DNA of 63,841 bases, filler included, from Octopus bimaculoides (lineage: Eukaryota), in NCBI RefSeq assembly GCF_001194135.2. It is 6 parts of 6 records of this genome, joined end to end, with 100 filler letters (N's around TTAATTAATTAA, not from the genome) between each part and the next. Parts side by side here need not be neighbours in the genome. Positions count along the whole stretch, not along the records: positions 1 to 10,285 come from NC_068984.1; positions 10,386 to 26,042 come from NC_068995.1; 4 more parts are not named here. One strand, 5' to 3'. A program made the position numbers and the translations under genes. The notes below the pieces were generated by a model. The model saw only the letters and a list, made by a program, of their open reading frames with translations. It did not search any database and was not told the DNA's origin. This document shows, piece after piece, positions 1 to 12,582 of this stretch (position 1 is the stretch's first letter; every line of letters begins with the position of its first letter).

Positions 1-260
1 ATACATTTAAATGATAAACTTCTGGAAAGTTTTACAGATTTTTACAGTTCCAGTGATGGATCAGATCTGTAGTCTTCGAATTAACTTTCTCCTTTCTAGT
101 TTTGAGAAGCCTAATTTCTCAAGATTAGTATTTAGGCAGTATATTACATATCCTAGGGCCCCAATAATTACAGGTATAAACCTGAACTTGTAATCTGGAT
201 AGAGTAACTGCAGATTTCTCAATAGTTCAGAATAGGTGTTCTCTTTTTCACTGATCTTCA
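1..260 (-). mobile_element. 3' end of RLE-type (R4/Dong-like) non-LTR retrotransposon, family Y
   Basis: Minus strand reads FRFIPVIIGALGYVIYCLNTNLEKLGFSKLERRKLIRRLQI*SITGTVKICKTFQKFII*, a typical RLE C-terminus; near-identical to the copy at 56250-56375. Confidence 0.8.
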
Positions 261-389
261 GCTTTATGTTAACATCCGTTGGACATATATATATATATAT
301 ATATATGATGATGATGCTGATGATTTCGCTAAATCACAACAATACTAATAACCTGTCTTTAGAACTCATCATAATTATGCTTGAGAGGA

Positions 390-690
390 AGCCGTCAGTT
401 TCCGTAGTTCACGTGCCCCTCAGTCCTGCTCTCTTGGCCAGGCAGATCGGTGTTGCGCTTGCGTTTCGCAGGTGTTGAGGTTGATCCCAAAGCTTTTCGG
501 TTAGGATTTGCGTGTCTTTGAAGCGCTTCTTCTGTCCACCTTGCGTGCACTTACCGTCCACCAGTTCGCTGTAAAACAGTCCACTGGGGAGTTACGTGTC
601 AAGCTTTCGAACAAGATAGCCTGTCCACCTGACTTGCGCCAATTTAATTGCCACTTTGAAAGGTACACTTTTGCAATAAGGAGCAGAATA
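390..690 (-). mobile_element. RTE LINE fragment (ORF C-terminus)
   Basis: Minus strand VRWTGYLVRKLDT*LPSGLFYSELVDGKCTQGGQKKRFKDT matches the RTE/BovB LRWxGHVxRM..LPK..FYGEL..GKR..GGQKKRFKD motif. Confidence 0.75.
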
Positions 691-1400
691 TAGTCATAAA
701 ATATCTCATACACAAAAGGGATAAAGTACGTAGTTGCAATATCCGATGCGGGCTTTGTAGAATCAACATTGAAGATATGATCCATATCATAAGTTGCTGC
801 TAAAAGATATCCTCACAGTGTTGTTTGCCTATAAGGCATGATATAATAGCGAAAACATTACATAATGAAACCCGTGGAAGGAATAATCCTGGGGAGACAA
901 GTATAAGAAGCTACAGTAATGTGAAGCGCATAAGCATACATAATTCGAAAGAATACTGGCGGAATATCTCTGTCCAGACTTCAATAAAATGCAAGCACAA
1001 TAAACCAGACATAACATGGAATAGAAATATGAAACCATGTACAGAAGTTCTATGAACAGCAGATGTCAACACCATGTTAAACGTTAGTGAAAAACAAATA
1101 ATCAATGTCGAACTGATGATAAATTTGCATGTATTCCATCTGGGCTATAATGTTGCATTTCTACTAATAATTATAGAAGCACTTGACTACGTGACTAATT
1201 GTCTTCATACTACTCTTGAGAAACTAGGATTGATAAGGCCAGAAAAAACACACCTAATCAGAAAATTGCAATTACAAGTTGAAAACGTGTATCTCGACTT
1301 CCCTTGAAATACAATAAATTCGAATGTTTTGACCAGCGATAAATGCTGACGTTTCGGATAAATTAAATTTGCAACCCTGCTACTCAGAGCTTTCAATATT
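690..1400 (+). mobile_element. RLE-type LINE relic, family Y (zinc knuckle + endonuclease)
   Basis: CGLCRINIEDMIHIISCC (CCHC), LPIRHD, KHNKPDI and IIIEALDYVTNCLHTTLEKLGL..LIRKLQ, with stops and frameshifts. Confidence 0.75.
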
Positions 1401-2917
1401 ATGTTGTAACGACTTCATTTATATATTAAGGAAGATTTCAAAATTGCATAATCCTATTTAATCCCTTAACGGTTCACGTTAGTAAATTTCTGTTATGCCT
1501 CAAGCTACTGCTGTCTAGCACCTTCGGATGATCTCTACTCAACAGCTACACAACTGCTACTCAACAGTCAGTCCACTAGCAGTCCACTAGCAGTCCACTG
1601 GCAGTCCACTTCTACCACGGTCAGACTACCTCTATTTATATGTCTTGGTCGAGCTTACTTCTTCGCTTGGGGGCGTCGACACAACAATTTCTTAAGTATC
1701 TTTTGCCCTTTCAGACTAAAGTTTCCTACCATGGATATTTTAAAGAAGGGTTTGGCACTTTTGAAAAAGGAATCAAAACATTATTCTGGGTATTTCTAAA
1801 TAGAGACCTTGATGTCTATTAAGGAAATTTTTAACTAATTTGTTTGTTTTCATGGATCACATTGATTACTTGAATATTTTCATGGTGTACTCAAGTCAAA
1901 GATTAATTAAATTGAAACAGAAAAACGTAATTAACGTAACTTAAATAATGCGAACTATTTGAGAACAAAATATGCAAATGCATTGACACATATCGAACAG
2001 ATCTAAATCTATCGTGATCATTTGGTCAAGCTTGCTCAGATCTGCTTCACTCTATGACGTCAACCATGTTGACCCTGTATAACACAATACTGCTTTGGTA
2101 TGTTGCTGGTAATTTTACTGTGAAATACAGAAAATGTTGTCATGCACCACTAGAGAGACCAAAGGATCGCAGATGTGAACTACCGCTTTTTAATAACAGC
2201 TGCTACGCATAGACATTTTGGATAGCACCCAGAAAAAAGCTACCTGTCGATTGGCACTTCATCATTAATGGACACATTTCAGTTTCTAGTTCACATACAT
2301 GTTGCCTCATCTCTCCATTGCTGTTATAAAGGCTTTTGCTCCTCGAAGGTAATTGGTTTCGTACTTCCATATTTAGCCAGCCCCGACCCACTCGTCACCC
2401 ACACCTCTTGGTACTCTTGGTGCGTCTAACTGCACTTTCTTCACTCTAACTTCTTTACCCAATCCTTCATACTCTGAACACCACCCCTTGGAATCTTCTC
2501 GGTCAGATCTTTCCTCCAATTGTTGACTCAGAACATTATAAACGGAATATTAACAGTATCACTCTAACCGAAGTTTTCTTATCGGGGTCCACATGTTCCT
2601 TAGGGTTCTATTTAAGATTTCGTTGTTAAAATTTATGTCCAATAAACTGGTTATACTTCTACAATACATAAAATATTTTAGCTATTTTTTAATACAATTC
2701 ATAATAATATTTAATCATAAGAAATTTGATAATAGGATTTTTTTTAAAACATTGAACGAGCATGGGGTTCCACCCGTATAAAAGGGATCCATAGGCGAAA
2801 AATAATTGAGTACCACTGATCTAACCAGTCTCGGAGGATTCTAGAATCGGCAAATAAAAGAAACACATTCCACTTTAGCGAAGACTGAAGCTTTATCAAT
2901 AATTAAACAACACTTAC

Positions 2918-3090
2918 CTAAGCACAACAGCAACAAGAGGAGTCCGCGCGACAAAAGTTAGAAAAAACGTAATCATTAACAAAGGTAGGAAAATGAAAAG
3001 CTGGTAACAATTTCCGTGATTCTTGCACATTCCTTTCGTAGCATACCCAGGCTGTTCAATATCATCGATGCAAGAACAGTTCGAATAACT
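2918..3090 (-). CDS. SLCO: Internal exon of an organic anion transporting polypeptide (OATP/SLCO): end of extracellular Cys-rich loop plus TM10
   Basis: Acceptor tttcttttttgcag at 3091-3092 and donor AG|gtaagt at 2917; 173 nt, phase 0 to 2. Peptide SYSNCSCIDDIEQPGYATKGMCKNHGNCYQLFIFLPLLMITFFLTFVARTPLVAVVL(R) fits the OATP pattern YxxCSCI...AxxGxC...C..L..F......F.F....P.....LR|C. Confidence 0.85.
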
Positions 3091-3217
3091 CTGCAAAAAA
3101 GAAATCATACGTCGTATATTGTTCTCTCAAGCGTGGAGCATGGAATGTACAACAAACGGTAAGCTCTCAACATTCCGAGCTGCGACAGTTATAGCTACTG
3201 TCTTTGTTATTGTTATA

Positions 3218-3413
3218 TTTAACTTGTTTCAGTAATTGAATTGTGGTCATGCTGGGGCACTGCCTTGAAGACTTTAGTTGAACAAATCGATATCAGTTGT
3301 TCGGGGTTTTTTTTATTATTATTTTATCAAACTTCTTTGCCGAATCGCTGAAGTATGGGCGTATACAAACATCAGTTGTCAAGCTGTGAGGGTGACAATT
3401 ACAAATACGAAAA

Positions 3414-3449
<36 letters not shown>

Positions 3450-3620
3450 ATATATAGGTATGTATGTATGTATGTATGTATGCTTGTATGTTTGGGCTTT
3501 CACACAGTTTCCGTCTACCAAATTCCCTCACAAGATACTATCCCAAATTCCAACGCAGTAGGGGGTCAACTCAAAATCACGTGGTTGCAAACTGAGCTTC
3601 TTAACCACACAACTCCATGT
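3218..3620 (-). mobile_element. tRNA-derived SINE family A (internal microsatellite)
   Basis: Shares head, GTAGACGGAAACTG core and CAGCATGACCACA..CTGAAACAAG tail with other family A copies. Confidence 0.65.
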
Positions 3621-3872
3621 CTAGAATCCAGCCAGAAACAGAGAGGAGGTGCATAATGATTCTACACCCTCATGGGTCATCCCAGCCAGGAATAGTGATC
3701 AGGGAAGATGGGTGGATATATTCGGCGTTAGACAAAATATTTAAGGAAGTGTAAGCGTGTTGAAGAGATCTACAACAGAAAAAAAAAACACATTGCAAAG
3801 CAATAAATAAATGGATACATCCCACAGATAGATAAATGGATGCAGCTCACAGGCTGTATCAATTGTTACAAT

Positions 3873-3977
<105 letters not shown>

Positions 3978-5077
3978 CAAGCTTCAAGTATCATAGGAAG
4001 CGAAGAGCTGACAACAATGAAAACATTTAAAAATCTTAAAAAAGCAAACATAATTAAATATTATATTATGGACGGTCGTTTCTATCAGGCTGTCAAGAAG
4101 CTATAATCATTATATTATCTCTCACCTGCCTTGTCAAAACGAATAATTGCAGCACGAATATTACATAATAATTAGGATAATAATTGTTCTCGTTTTGATA
4201 TATGAAGAATTCCAGATGTTTTAATTGATATCTTGTATTATTAGCAAGCTTACTTAGAAGCAGTTATTACATTGCATTTAAATATAATGGGCTTCTGACA
4301 TGGTGTAGTTAAAGTGTGTGCCACCAATGGCCACACTTGACTTTGCTGCTATACAGGCTTAATAACAGACCCAAAATGCCTCCATATAAAAGCGTCGCCT
4401 AGGACGCAGCTCCCACATACACCCCATCCGATCTTACCATAAGGCCAGCAGTTTTAACCGGCGGAGTTCCTTCAGTACTTTGGCTTGTACTTTATTTCAT
4501 CAACATTGAAAGAGTGAAAGGCAGCATTGACCTAGGTGGAACTTGAAACCGATAGGTAAAGAGTCGGATTTTTTGCAGCATGGCATTTTGAACCACGCTT
4601 TAACGATTTTATTAGCTCACCGCTTTTTAGAATTTAAATATAAAATTAGCAAAGTCTATCTTTCTATGATAATTGCTGATATAAATTTTGGATGCTTAGT
4701 TGATTTTTATGGTCACACATAATATCGTATAGAGAGAAGGGCAGTGACAAAAGAAATAGAGAGAGAAAGAGAGAGGGTTACAATCAGAGCGGTAGAATGA
4801 GAGCACATGCTATGCTTGGTGACGAGCAATGAGGAGAGAAACGCTATGCGCACAGTAAGAAGGACTCTTAGAAGCAAAGGAGGATGAGGTAGAAAAGGAA
4901 GAGAGGTAGTAAATGACAAAGTAGTTATGAGAGGAGTTATACAAACGAGATACAAATCTTGTTTAATTTAATTTTGATGTAATAAATAATTCTCTTTTGA
5001 AAATTAGCATTCATTTCATCATTTTGTATAAGAACTAAGAAATTTGATAAAAATTGAATTATAACAACACACACACA

Positions 5078-5115
<38 letters not shown>

Positions 5116-5272
5116 NNNNNNNNNNNNNNNNNNNNNNNNNNNNNNNNNNNNNNNNNNNNNNNNNNNNNNNNNNNNNNNNNNNNNNNNNNNNNNNNNNNNN
5201 NNNNNNNNNNNNNNNNNNNNNNNNNNNNNNNNNNNNNNNNNNNNNNNNNNNNNNNNNNNNNNNNNNNNNNNN

Positions 5273-5305
<33 letters not shown>

Positions 5306-5644
5306 CATCTAACAGGCTTCCACACAATTTCCGTTTACTAAATTCGACCCGGGGCCATAGTAGGAGTCAGTTGCCCAAGGTACTATGCTATGGAATTGAT
5401 ACTGAAGCCACCACATGACTGCAAAGTCAGCTTGTTAACCACACAACCAAACGCCTTATGACAACCAATTAGCAATAAATAAATAAATAAAATAAAATAA
5501 ATAAATAAAATAACAAAACAGTTATTGCCTCTCTGAACTCATGGAAGTCATTCATGATGCTCGGTGTCCTGCTAATCAAAATAAATGAATAAATAAAAAT
5601 AAGTAATCAAGATCGCATTCATATTTGAATGACTTTCATTTAGC

Positions 5645-5886
5645 TTACATTATTTACACTATTTACATTTGATGGATATTTGTGCTCATCTTGTTTGTTG
5701 TTTACACAACATTTCGGCTGATATACCCTCCAGCCTTCATCGGGTGGAAACTTCGAACCTGGGTTCTCCTTCCTAAGGTATTTTTCGATGTTATTATTAT
5801 TATTATTCAGGTCACTGCCTGGGGTCGAACTTGGAATCTTGGGGTTAGTATCCCGCGCTTTTAACCACTACGCCATATGCCCGTGG
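5645..5886 (-). mobile_element. tRNA-headed repeat with a Penelope-like tail containing a degenerate hammerhead motif
   Basis: Head GGCATATGGCGTAGTGGTTAAAAGCGCGGGATACTAACCCCAAGATTCCAAGTTCGACCCC has A/B boxes; tail CCGATGA-A-GGCTG..CAGCC-GAAA-TG-TT-GTG. Confidence 0.6.
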
Positions 5887-5974
5887 GCATATATCAATAA
5901 TATAAATAATGTACATAATTCCTCATCTCTTAAATATAGAGCTGTTTCATTCGGCTTGTTTCGGAGTTTGTTTT

Positions 5975-6100
5975 GATCTGTTAATCCAGGGACCCTTCGA
6001 AGAAACTCCATTTCAGTCGCTTGTATTTTGGATCCTACACTTTCGGTCATTAGCCAACATTCATGACCATAGGTGAGGACATGCACGGAAACCGAAGTGA
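5975..6100 (-). mobile_element. RTE LINE fragment
   Basis: VLTYGHECWLMTESVGSKIQATEMEFLRRVPG is the typical RTE post-RT motif. Confidence 0.8.
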
Positions 6101-7120
6101 AGAGAGCATGTTTGTCTTTTCTGTTTTTTTTATCAACCATCCCTCTTCTGAAAATCGAATGCTGAATCTTGTGCATTACTGTTCGAATGATGGAAAACAG
6201 GAAGCTGAATTGGAGTTTAGTTTTCCGAATATAGCGAGGTCAAATATCTGGATAATTCGATAGTTTTCCTTTTTTCCACATCGTGAACAAACACACGGAT
6301 AGTTTGGAGATCTTAATGAAACACATATCTGGATTCGATATCGTGACCACCCAACATAATCGTGGGTACGACATCGTGACCCGTCACACTCATGATACAT
6401 TTTACCAAATTTTCATCGGCGTTCGAACGATCAGGCAGTTGTTGGCTCCGACTTGGTTATCGTTTTTATTCATCTCTCAGCAAACGCAGGAAAAAGTTTC
6501 TGTCAACGTGATATATATTTTCAGATTTTCTTTTAAAAATCAAATGGCTCGAAGTTTACTGATGTCTACTCTTTCGGAAACTTTACAGACAAATATCGTA
6601 AAAGTTGTTGTCCGACGCCTGGCTATTTTTACGTTTGCAGCACAATGAGATTCTCGTCAAATGGCGTGGAAGAATGACGTTAAAATTTCAGATCATCATC
6701 GAAGGATTTCGTCTTTTTTTTTTTTTTTTTTTTNNNNNNNNNNNNNNNNNNNNNNNNNNNNNNNNNNNNNNNNNNNNNNNNNNNNNNNNNNNNNNNNNNN
6801 NNNNNNNNNNNNNNNNNNNCTGTTACTAGTCGTAACATTGATCTGCTGTAGTATTGGAAAAATATCGTCGAAATTTCTGACATTCTCAAACGGATTTTCA
6901 GTCAAATATTTTGTTTTTCTAAATTAGTTATTGTTCAAGTTGCAACAAAGAGCCAACGGCACAAGACATATTTTCTATCCTGCGCGTAAAAATCGATGGC
7001 TAACAGACGAGGAATTATATGGCTATAGATTCGACCAAAGATTGCGTCTACTCATATAGAGCACCGTGAAGCACTCATCCAGAGAAAGTTATCTTTCTAC
7101 GCGCACACACACACACACAC

Positions 7121-7164
<44 letters not shown>

Positions 7165-7187
7165 AAAAACACATATTTGACTTCTAG

Positions 7188-7495
7188 GCGCAAGAGTGGC
7201 TGTGTGGTAAGTAGAGGTTCCAGGTTCAGTCCTACTGTGTGGCACCTTGAGCAAGTGTGTTCTACTATAGCCTAACCTCGGGCAGACCAAGGCCCTGTGA
7301 ATGGATTTCGAAGAAAGAAACTGAAAGAAACCCATCGCATATATATATATATATATATGTTTGTGTGTCTGTGTTTGTTCCACCACCATCGCTTGACAAC
7401 CGACTCGTAACTTAGCGGTTCGCCAAAAGACACCGATAGAATAAGTGCTAGGCTTCCAGAGAATATCTTCAGTTATTAAACTGCGGCCATGCTGG
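7188..7495 (+). mobile_element. SINE family A
   Basis: AGGCGCAAGAGTGGCTGTGTGGTAAG head, (TA)n spacer, CCATCGCTTGACAACCGA core. Confidence 0.8.
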
Positions 7496-7641
7496 TACAC
7501 ACACACACATACATTTGCGAATATATTCATACTTTCAGCTCTATTAATCCTACTACTGTACTAACTAAGCATCTCTCATTTTCTGCCTGTCTATATATAC
7601 ATACATTCATACATACATACATACATACATACATACATACA

Positions 7642-7672
<31 letters not shown>

Positions 7673-8452
7673 TAGAGGCATATTAGATGTATGTAATATA
7701 ATTTTTCTGAATCTTCAGATTTTTCAATATGCTAGGCCACTGGTTTTAAATTGATATTCATCAAATTGATATTCAATTTTCACTCTTATTATTTAAATAT
7801 ATATATAGCTTAGATGTATCTTACTTGACTATCCAGATTTTCTCTTATTGTTTCTTAGATTACCCACCCCACCGATTTGACTCCTTTTATGTTTTACTTT
7901 TTTTAGTTCTATTTTTGTATGAATGTCTGTATTATTTTTTCTTCTTAGTATTTTATATTCCTATTTTATTTTATATTATTATTTCATTTTTGTTATGTTA
8001 TTTTATTGTATTGTTTTTAACCACCAACTTAACACTACACACTGAATTGTGGCAAAGTATGGACAGATTCCGGAGTACTGAGAAAATTATGTATAAATAT
8101 ATCAAATTAAGAATTCTACAAGGTATAGTACAATGCAAAATACCAAACGGAACCTCACCTCTTATATCTCATCTTTCTTCCTCCTTTGTGATATAATTCT
8201 TGGGAGAGAATACATTTGCGGCTGAAGATAGCTTTATATTGTCAATTATACACTGATGTAACAACTATAAAGCTTGAAACACGTGTACCGCAGAATCCTT
8301 TGTGTTTTTGTTTTTATTTTTGCATTTACAATATCTATCTATATATATATATATATTTGTGTGTGTGTGTATGTGTGTGCGTGCGTGCGCGTGTGAGTGT
8401 GAATGTGAGTGCATATGCATGCAAGTAAGTATGTATGTATGTATATATGCAT

Positions 8453-8700
8453 GACGCTGGGCTGAAAAGTTCCTGGCTTTGAGAAAATAAATTACAGGAG
8501 GGTCAGTTAATTATGATTTTATCCGGCAGATTCTCCTCTCGGATCCAGAAACTTATTGCAGAGGTCCTTCAGTTTTACTAAGCCCTGTAAAAGAACTTCT
8601 AAAGTTGGGCCTCCAACCAGCCGTTTTGCGAAATCCTTAAAGCAAGGAACTTTCCTGCTCTCCTCATCGCGTATAAATGTATACTTCTATACAAATACTG
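8453..8700 (-). mobile_element. Mariner-like transposon 3' end (truncated)
   Basis: Terminal GGGCTGAAAAGTTCCTGGCTTT TIR-like sequence; minus strand VLLQGLVKLKDLCNKFLDPRGE resembles the mariner transposase C-terminus. Confidence 0.55.
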
Positions 8701-9098
8701 CACAACCTGCCCCCATATATATATNNNNNNNNNNNNNNNNNNNNNNNNNNNNNNNNNNNNNNNNNNNNNNNNNNNNNNNNNNNNNNNNNNNNNNNNNNNN
8801 NNNNNNNNNNNNNNNNNNNNNNNNNNNNNNNNNNNNNNNNNNNNNNNNNNNNNNNNNNNNNNNNNNNNNNNNNNNNNNNNNNNNNNNNNNNNNNNNNNNN
8901 NNNNNNNNNNNNNNNNNNNNNNNNNNNNNNNNNNNNNNNNNNNNNNNNNNNNNNNNNNNNNNNNNNNNNNNNNNNNNNNNNNNNNNNNNNNNNNNNNNNN
9001 NNNNNNNNNNNNNNNNNNNNNNNNNNNNNNNNNNNNNNNNNNNNNNNNNNNNNNNNNNNNNNNNNNNNNNNNNNNNNNNNNNNNNNNNNNNNNNNNNN

Positions 9099-9161
<63 letters not shown>

Positions 9162-9220
9162 ATGTATGTATGCATGTATACACACACACACTCATATTGC
9201 CCGATATGCGCACACACACG

Positions 9221-9254
<34 letters not shown>

Positions 9255-9929
9255 CACACACATTCATACATACAATATTGAAGACCTTGTGCATTTGTAT
9301 TATAATTAGCAATCGTGTCGTTATATCCATTGAGAAAGTCGTTGTTGCCAAGAAACGGACCAACCGTGTCTGAATGCGAAGCATTAATTGTCGTTATTAT
9401 CTACTCGTCAGAGTCTAATTTTGTGGTTAATAAAGAAGCAATTATCGGGAAGATTATAATTTTCGTCGTTATCTCCATCACCATCAGTATCGTCTTCAAC
9501 TTCGCTGTTCGTCGTTCGTCGTCTTCGCCATGACGACGTTGAGACCGACGACCACAACGATCATGATGATAATGATCATCACCATCATCATCATCACCAT
9601 CATCATTACCATCTTCGGCCTCCTCCTTCTTCCATCCCTTCTTCATCATAATCATAATCATCATCATCTTCATCGTAAAATCAGAAGATATGTAGCGAAA
9701 TAATTTATGCAATCTAGTAATTATCGATCCATTCCGAATGTATTCCAAATGTATTAAGGACAATTATCCGAGTTCATTAATTATAATTGTTTGTACACTA
9801 GTTTCGTTTCGTATATTACAAATTATTTAACGTTAAAGTAAATTTGTTAAATTCATTTCATTAAAAAAAAAACCAAGTAACTAAATGCATTGTTTGGCGT
9901 ACAACATTTAATTAAAGCTTTTATTCTTC

Positions 9930-10285
9930 TCTACTCTAGACACAAGTCCCGAAATTTTTGGGAAGGGGCCAGTCGATTAGATCGACCCCAGTACGCAACT
10001 GGTACTTAATTTATCAACCCCGAAAGGATGAAAGGCAAAGTCGACCTCGGCGGAATTTGAACTCAGAACATAAAGACAGACGAAATACCGCTAAATATTT
10101 CGCCCGGCGTGCTAACGTTTCTGCCAGCTCGCCGCCTTAAAATATTTTCTACTCTAGACACAAGGCTTGAAATTTTGAGGGAGGGGAGCCAGTCGATTAG
10201 ATCGATCTCAGTACGCAACTGGTACTTAATTTATCAACCCCGGAAGGATGAAAGGTAAAGTCAACCTCGGTGGAATTTGAACTCA
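9930..10285 (-). mobile_element. Two tandem SINE family B copies
   Basis: Repeated TTCTGAGTTCAAATTCC(G/A)CCGAGGT(C/T)GACTTT..CATCCTTTCGGG core. Confidence 0.85.
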
Positions 10286-10329
10286 NNNNNNNNNNNNNNN
10301 NNNNNNNNNNNNNNNNNNNNNNNNNNNNN

Positions 10330-10341
10330 TTAATTAATTAA
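10330..10341. other. Assembly linker TTAATTAATTAA inside N-run (also 26087, 34630, 58444, 60853)
   Basis: The same 12-mer is centred in five N-gaps and gives stops in all six frames. Confidence 0.9.
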
Positions 10342-10385
10342 NNNNNNNNNNNNNNNNNNNNNNNNNNNNNNNNNNNNNNNNNNNN

Positions 10386-10444
<59 letters not shown>

Positions 10445-10897
10445 CCCCCCTTATGTTCCTGCGTATGTATTTTTTTTAGATGTGTAATTGTGATTGAATG
10501 TTGTGGTTTATTCATGTAAAATAATACTCTCGAAAAATGAGGTACATAGCAATATTTCAGTTTGTTTATACTGCCATTGTTGATTTCAATAATTTTCGGA
10601 CACTCTTATTTTGATTTGACACTGATAACTAACATTATAGCTTCTCAGAAAGAAATATGGTTTGTAAAGTAATATTAAAAACTAACGCCTGAAACAAGAG
10701 ATTTTGAGCAAATTATTTCATCATATATCGCCTTATAAATTTACATTCCAATAATAATAATTATAAATTTAATTTTCCAATTCTATCATATCTGCAATTT
10801 ACAGATCTTATAATGCAGAAGTGTATCTATTTGGTGAAACTAATTTCGAATTCTAGAAGGAATATTATTTGAAAATGAGGTCACGGATGCTTATTCT

Positions 10898-11124
10898 TAT
10901 GTACTTTTACTTGTTTCAGTCACTTGACTGCGTCCATGTTGGATTAGTGACTTGGAGGGGTTTTAGTCAATCGAATCGACCCCAGGACTTATGACGTAAG
11001 CCTCGTACTTATTATTTCGGTATTTTTGCCGAACCATTAAGTTATGGGGACATAAACACACCAACCCGATTGTTAACTGATGATTGAGGGCCAAATACAG
11101 ACGCAAAGACATACAGCCACATAG

Positions 11125-11176
<52 letters not shown>

Positions 11177-11345
11177 TTATACGATTGGCTTCTTTCAGTT
11201 TCCTTCTAAAAAATCCACTCACAAGGCCTTGGTCGGCTCGAGACTACAGTAGAAGACACTTACCGAAGATGCTATGCAATGGCAATGAACCCAGAATGAT
11301 GTGGTCGTGAAGCAAGCTTCTTACCAAACAGCCACGCTTGCACCT
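10898..11345 (-). mobile_element. SINE family A
   Basis: Full head-core-tail with internal (CA)n. Confidence 0.8.
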
Positions 11346-12540
11346 ATATTGAAATTGCATTAACTTTCGACTGTACATATAACGTTCTTTTGGGTTTATT
11401 AACTCGTTACTTACTGATGGTTAAATACGCTCAAGTAGTATTGTAAAACGTATTAAACCTGCTCTTCTGTATATTCATAGAGCGTATGAAATAATATAGG
11501 GATTTATCTCATTTAGTTTAGCATGATATCGTGATATCTTTTATATATCATAAGGTAGAGGGTGTAACGACTTGGAGAAAATCGTTTAATTACATCACCC
11601 CATGTTCCGTAAACTATGACTACTAGATATTATACCAAAAATGAACATTCGCATTTCCACATACAGATGCACACAGAAATAAACACAACACGTACAAAAC
11701 ATATTAATATGCGTTCATGATTGTATACGCATTTGTATTAATGCGTTTAAATATGCATATATGTGTAAAATATGAGATATTTACTGCAGCAGGAAATTAA
11801 TAATGAGAATTATTTCTTATGTATAGACAGCTTTCAAACTTTGTTCAGCAACTTTAAAATTATATCGTACATACATATCGCCTTATAAATATACACATGA
11901 CAGAAACAAACTAGCATACAATTACATCTTAAATATAGAGAATGTTTATAGCATGAAAAATGGTGACATCTGCATTATCTACCGTCTGAAATATAAGCAT
12001 ATATTTATATGCACATCGTTTTCAGATGCTGTTTGTTCTGAAATATATGCTGTTTATCAAAAACGTGATATTACTTCTCAAGTCTGATACTTTTTAGCTA
12101 AATCTTGCATATGTTTTTTTTAATATTTTATAGACATATATATGCTTTTGTATTGCTACTATCTTTGAATTGATATGTCAATGTTGCTAAGAAAATACGA
12201 AAAGAAAAGTAATGCATAAATGTTAACATTAGCAGGGTGTTATGTTAGTATTCCAGCTAGTTATCTATCACCTTTTCTCATTTTAATAACAATACCGATA
12301 TAGCAATGCCATGGCCAGGATGTCGATAAGGATATTCTGAGAATTGTTTTTCTTTTTCATTTATGATATAAATTATATTTCTTGACGAAAGTATTAAATA
12401 AGTTTCCAAGACACACATATGAACAAAGATTACTATACATATGATAGAATGAAACAATGTATAAACATGAGTATACAACCGTACACACAAATATACAAGT
12501 ATATGTGTATGTGTGTATGTCTATGTCTCGTATATATATT

Positions 12541-12582
<42 letters not shown>

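Noticed and set aside
1340-1395. GAAACGTC with a short stem as a hammerhead
   Set aside because: The core CTGAGTAG and stem II do not fit the consensus.
2554-2818. Possible hAT MITE
   Set aside because: Terminal repeats match at only 9 of 13 positions and there is no 8-bp TSD.
9274-9369. 96-nt AG/GT-bounded segment on the minus strand as an OATP exon
   Set aside because: Open frames lack the Kazal cysteines or any OATP motif, and splice sites are modest.
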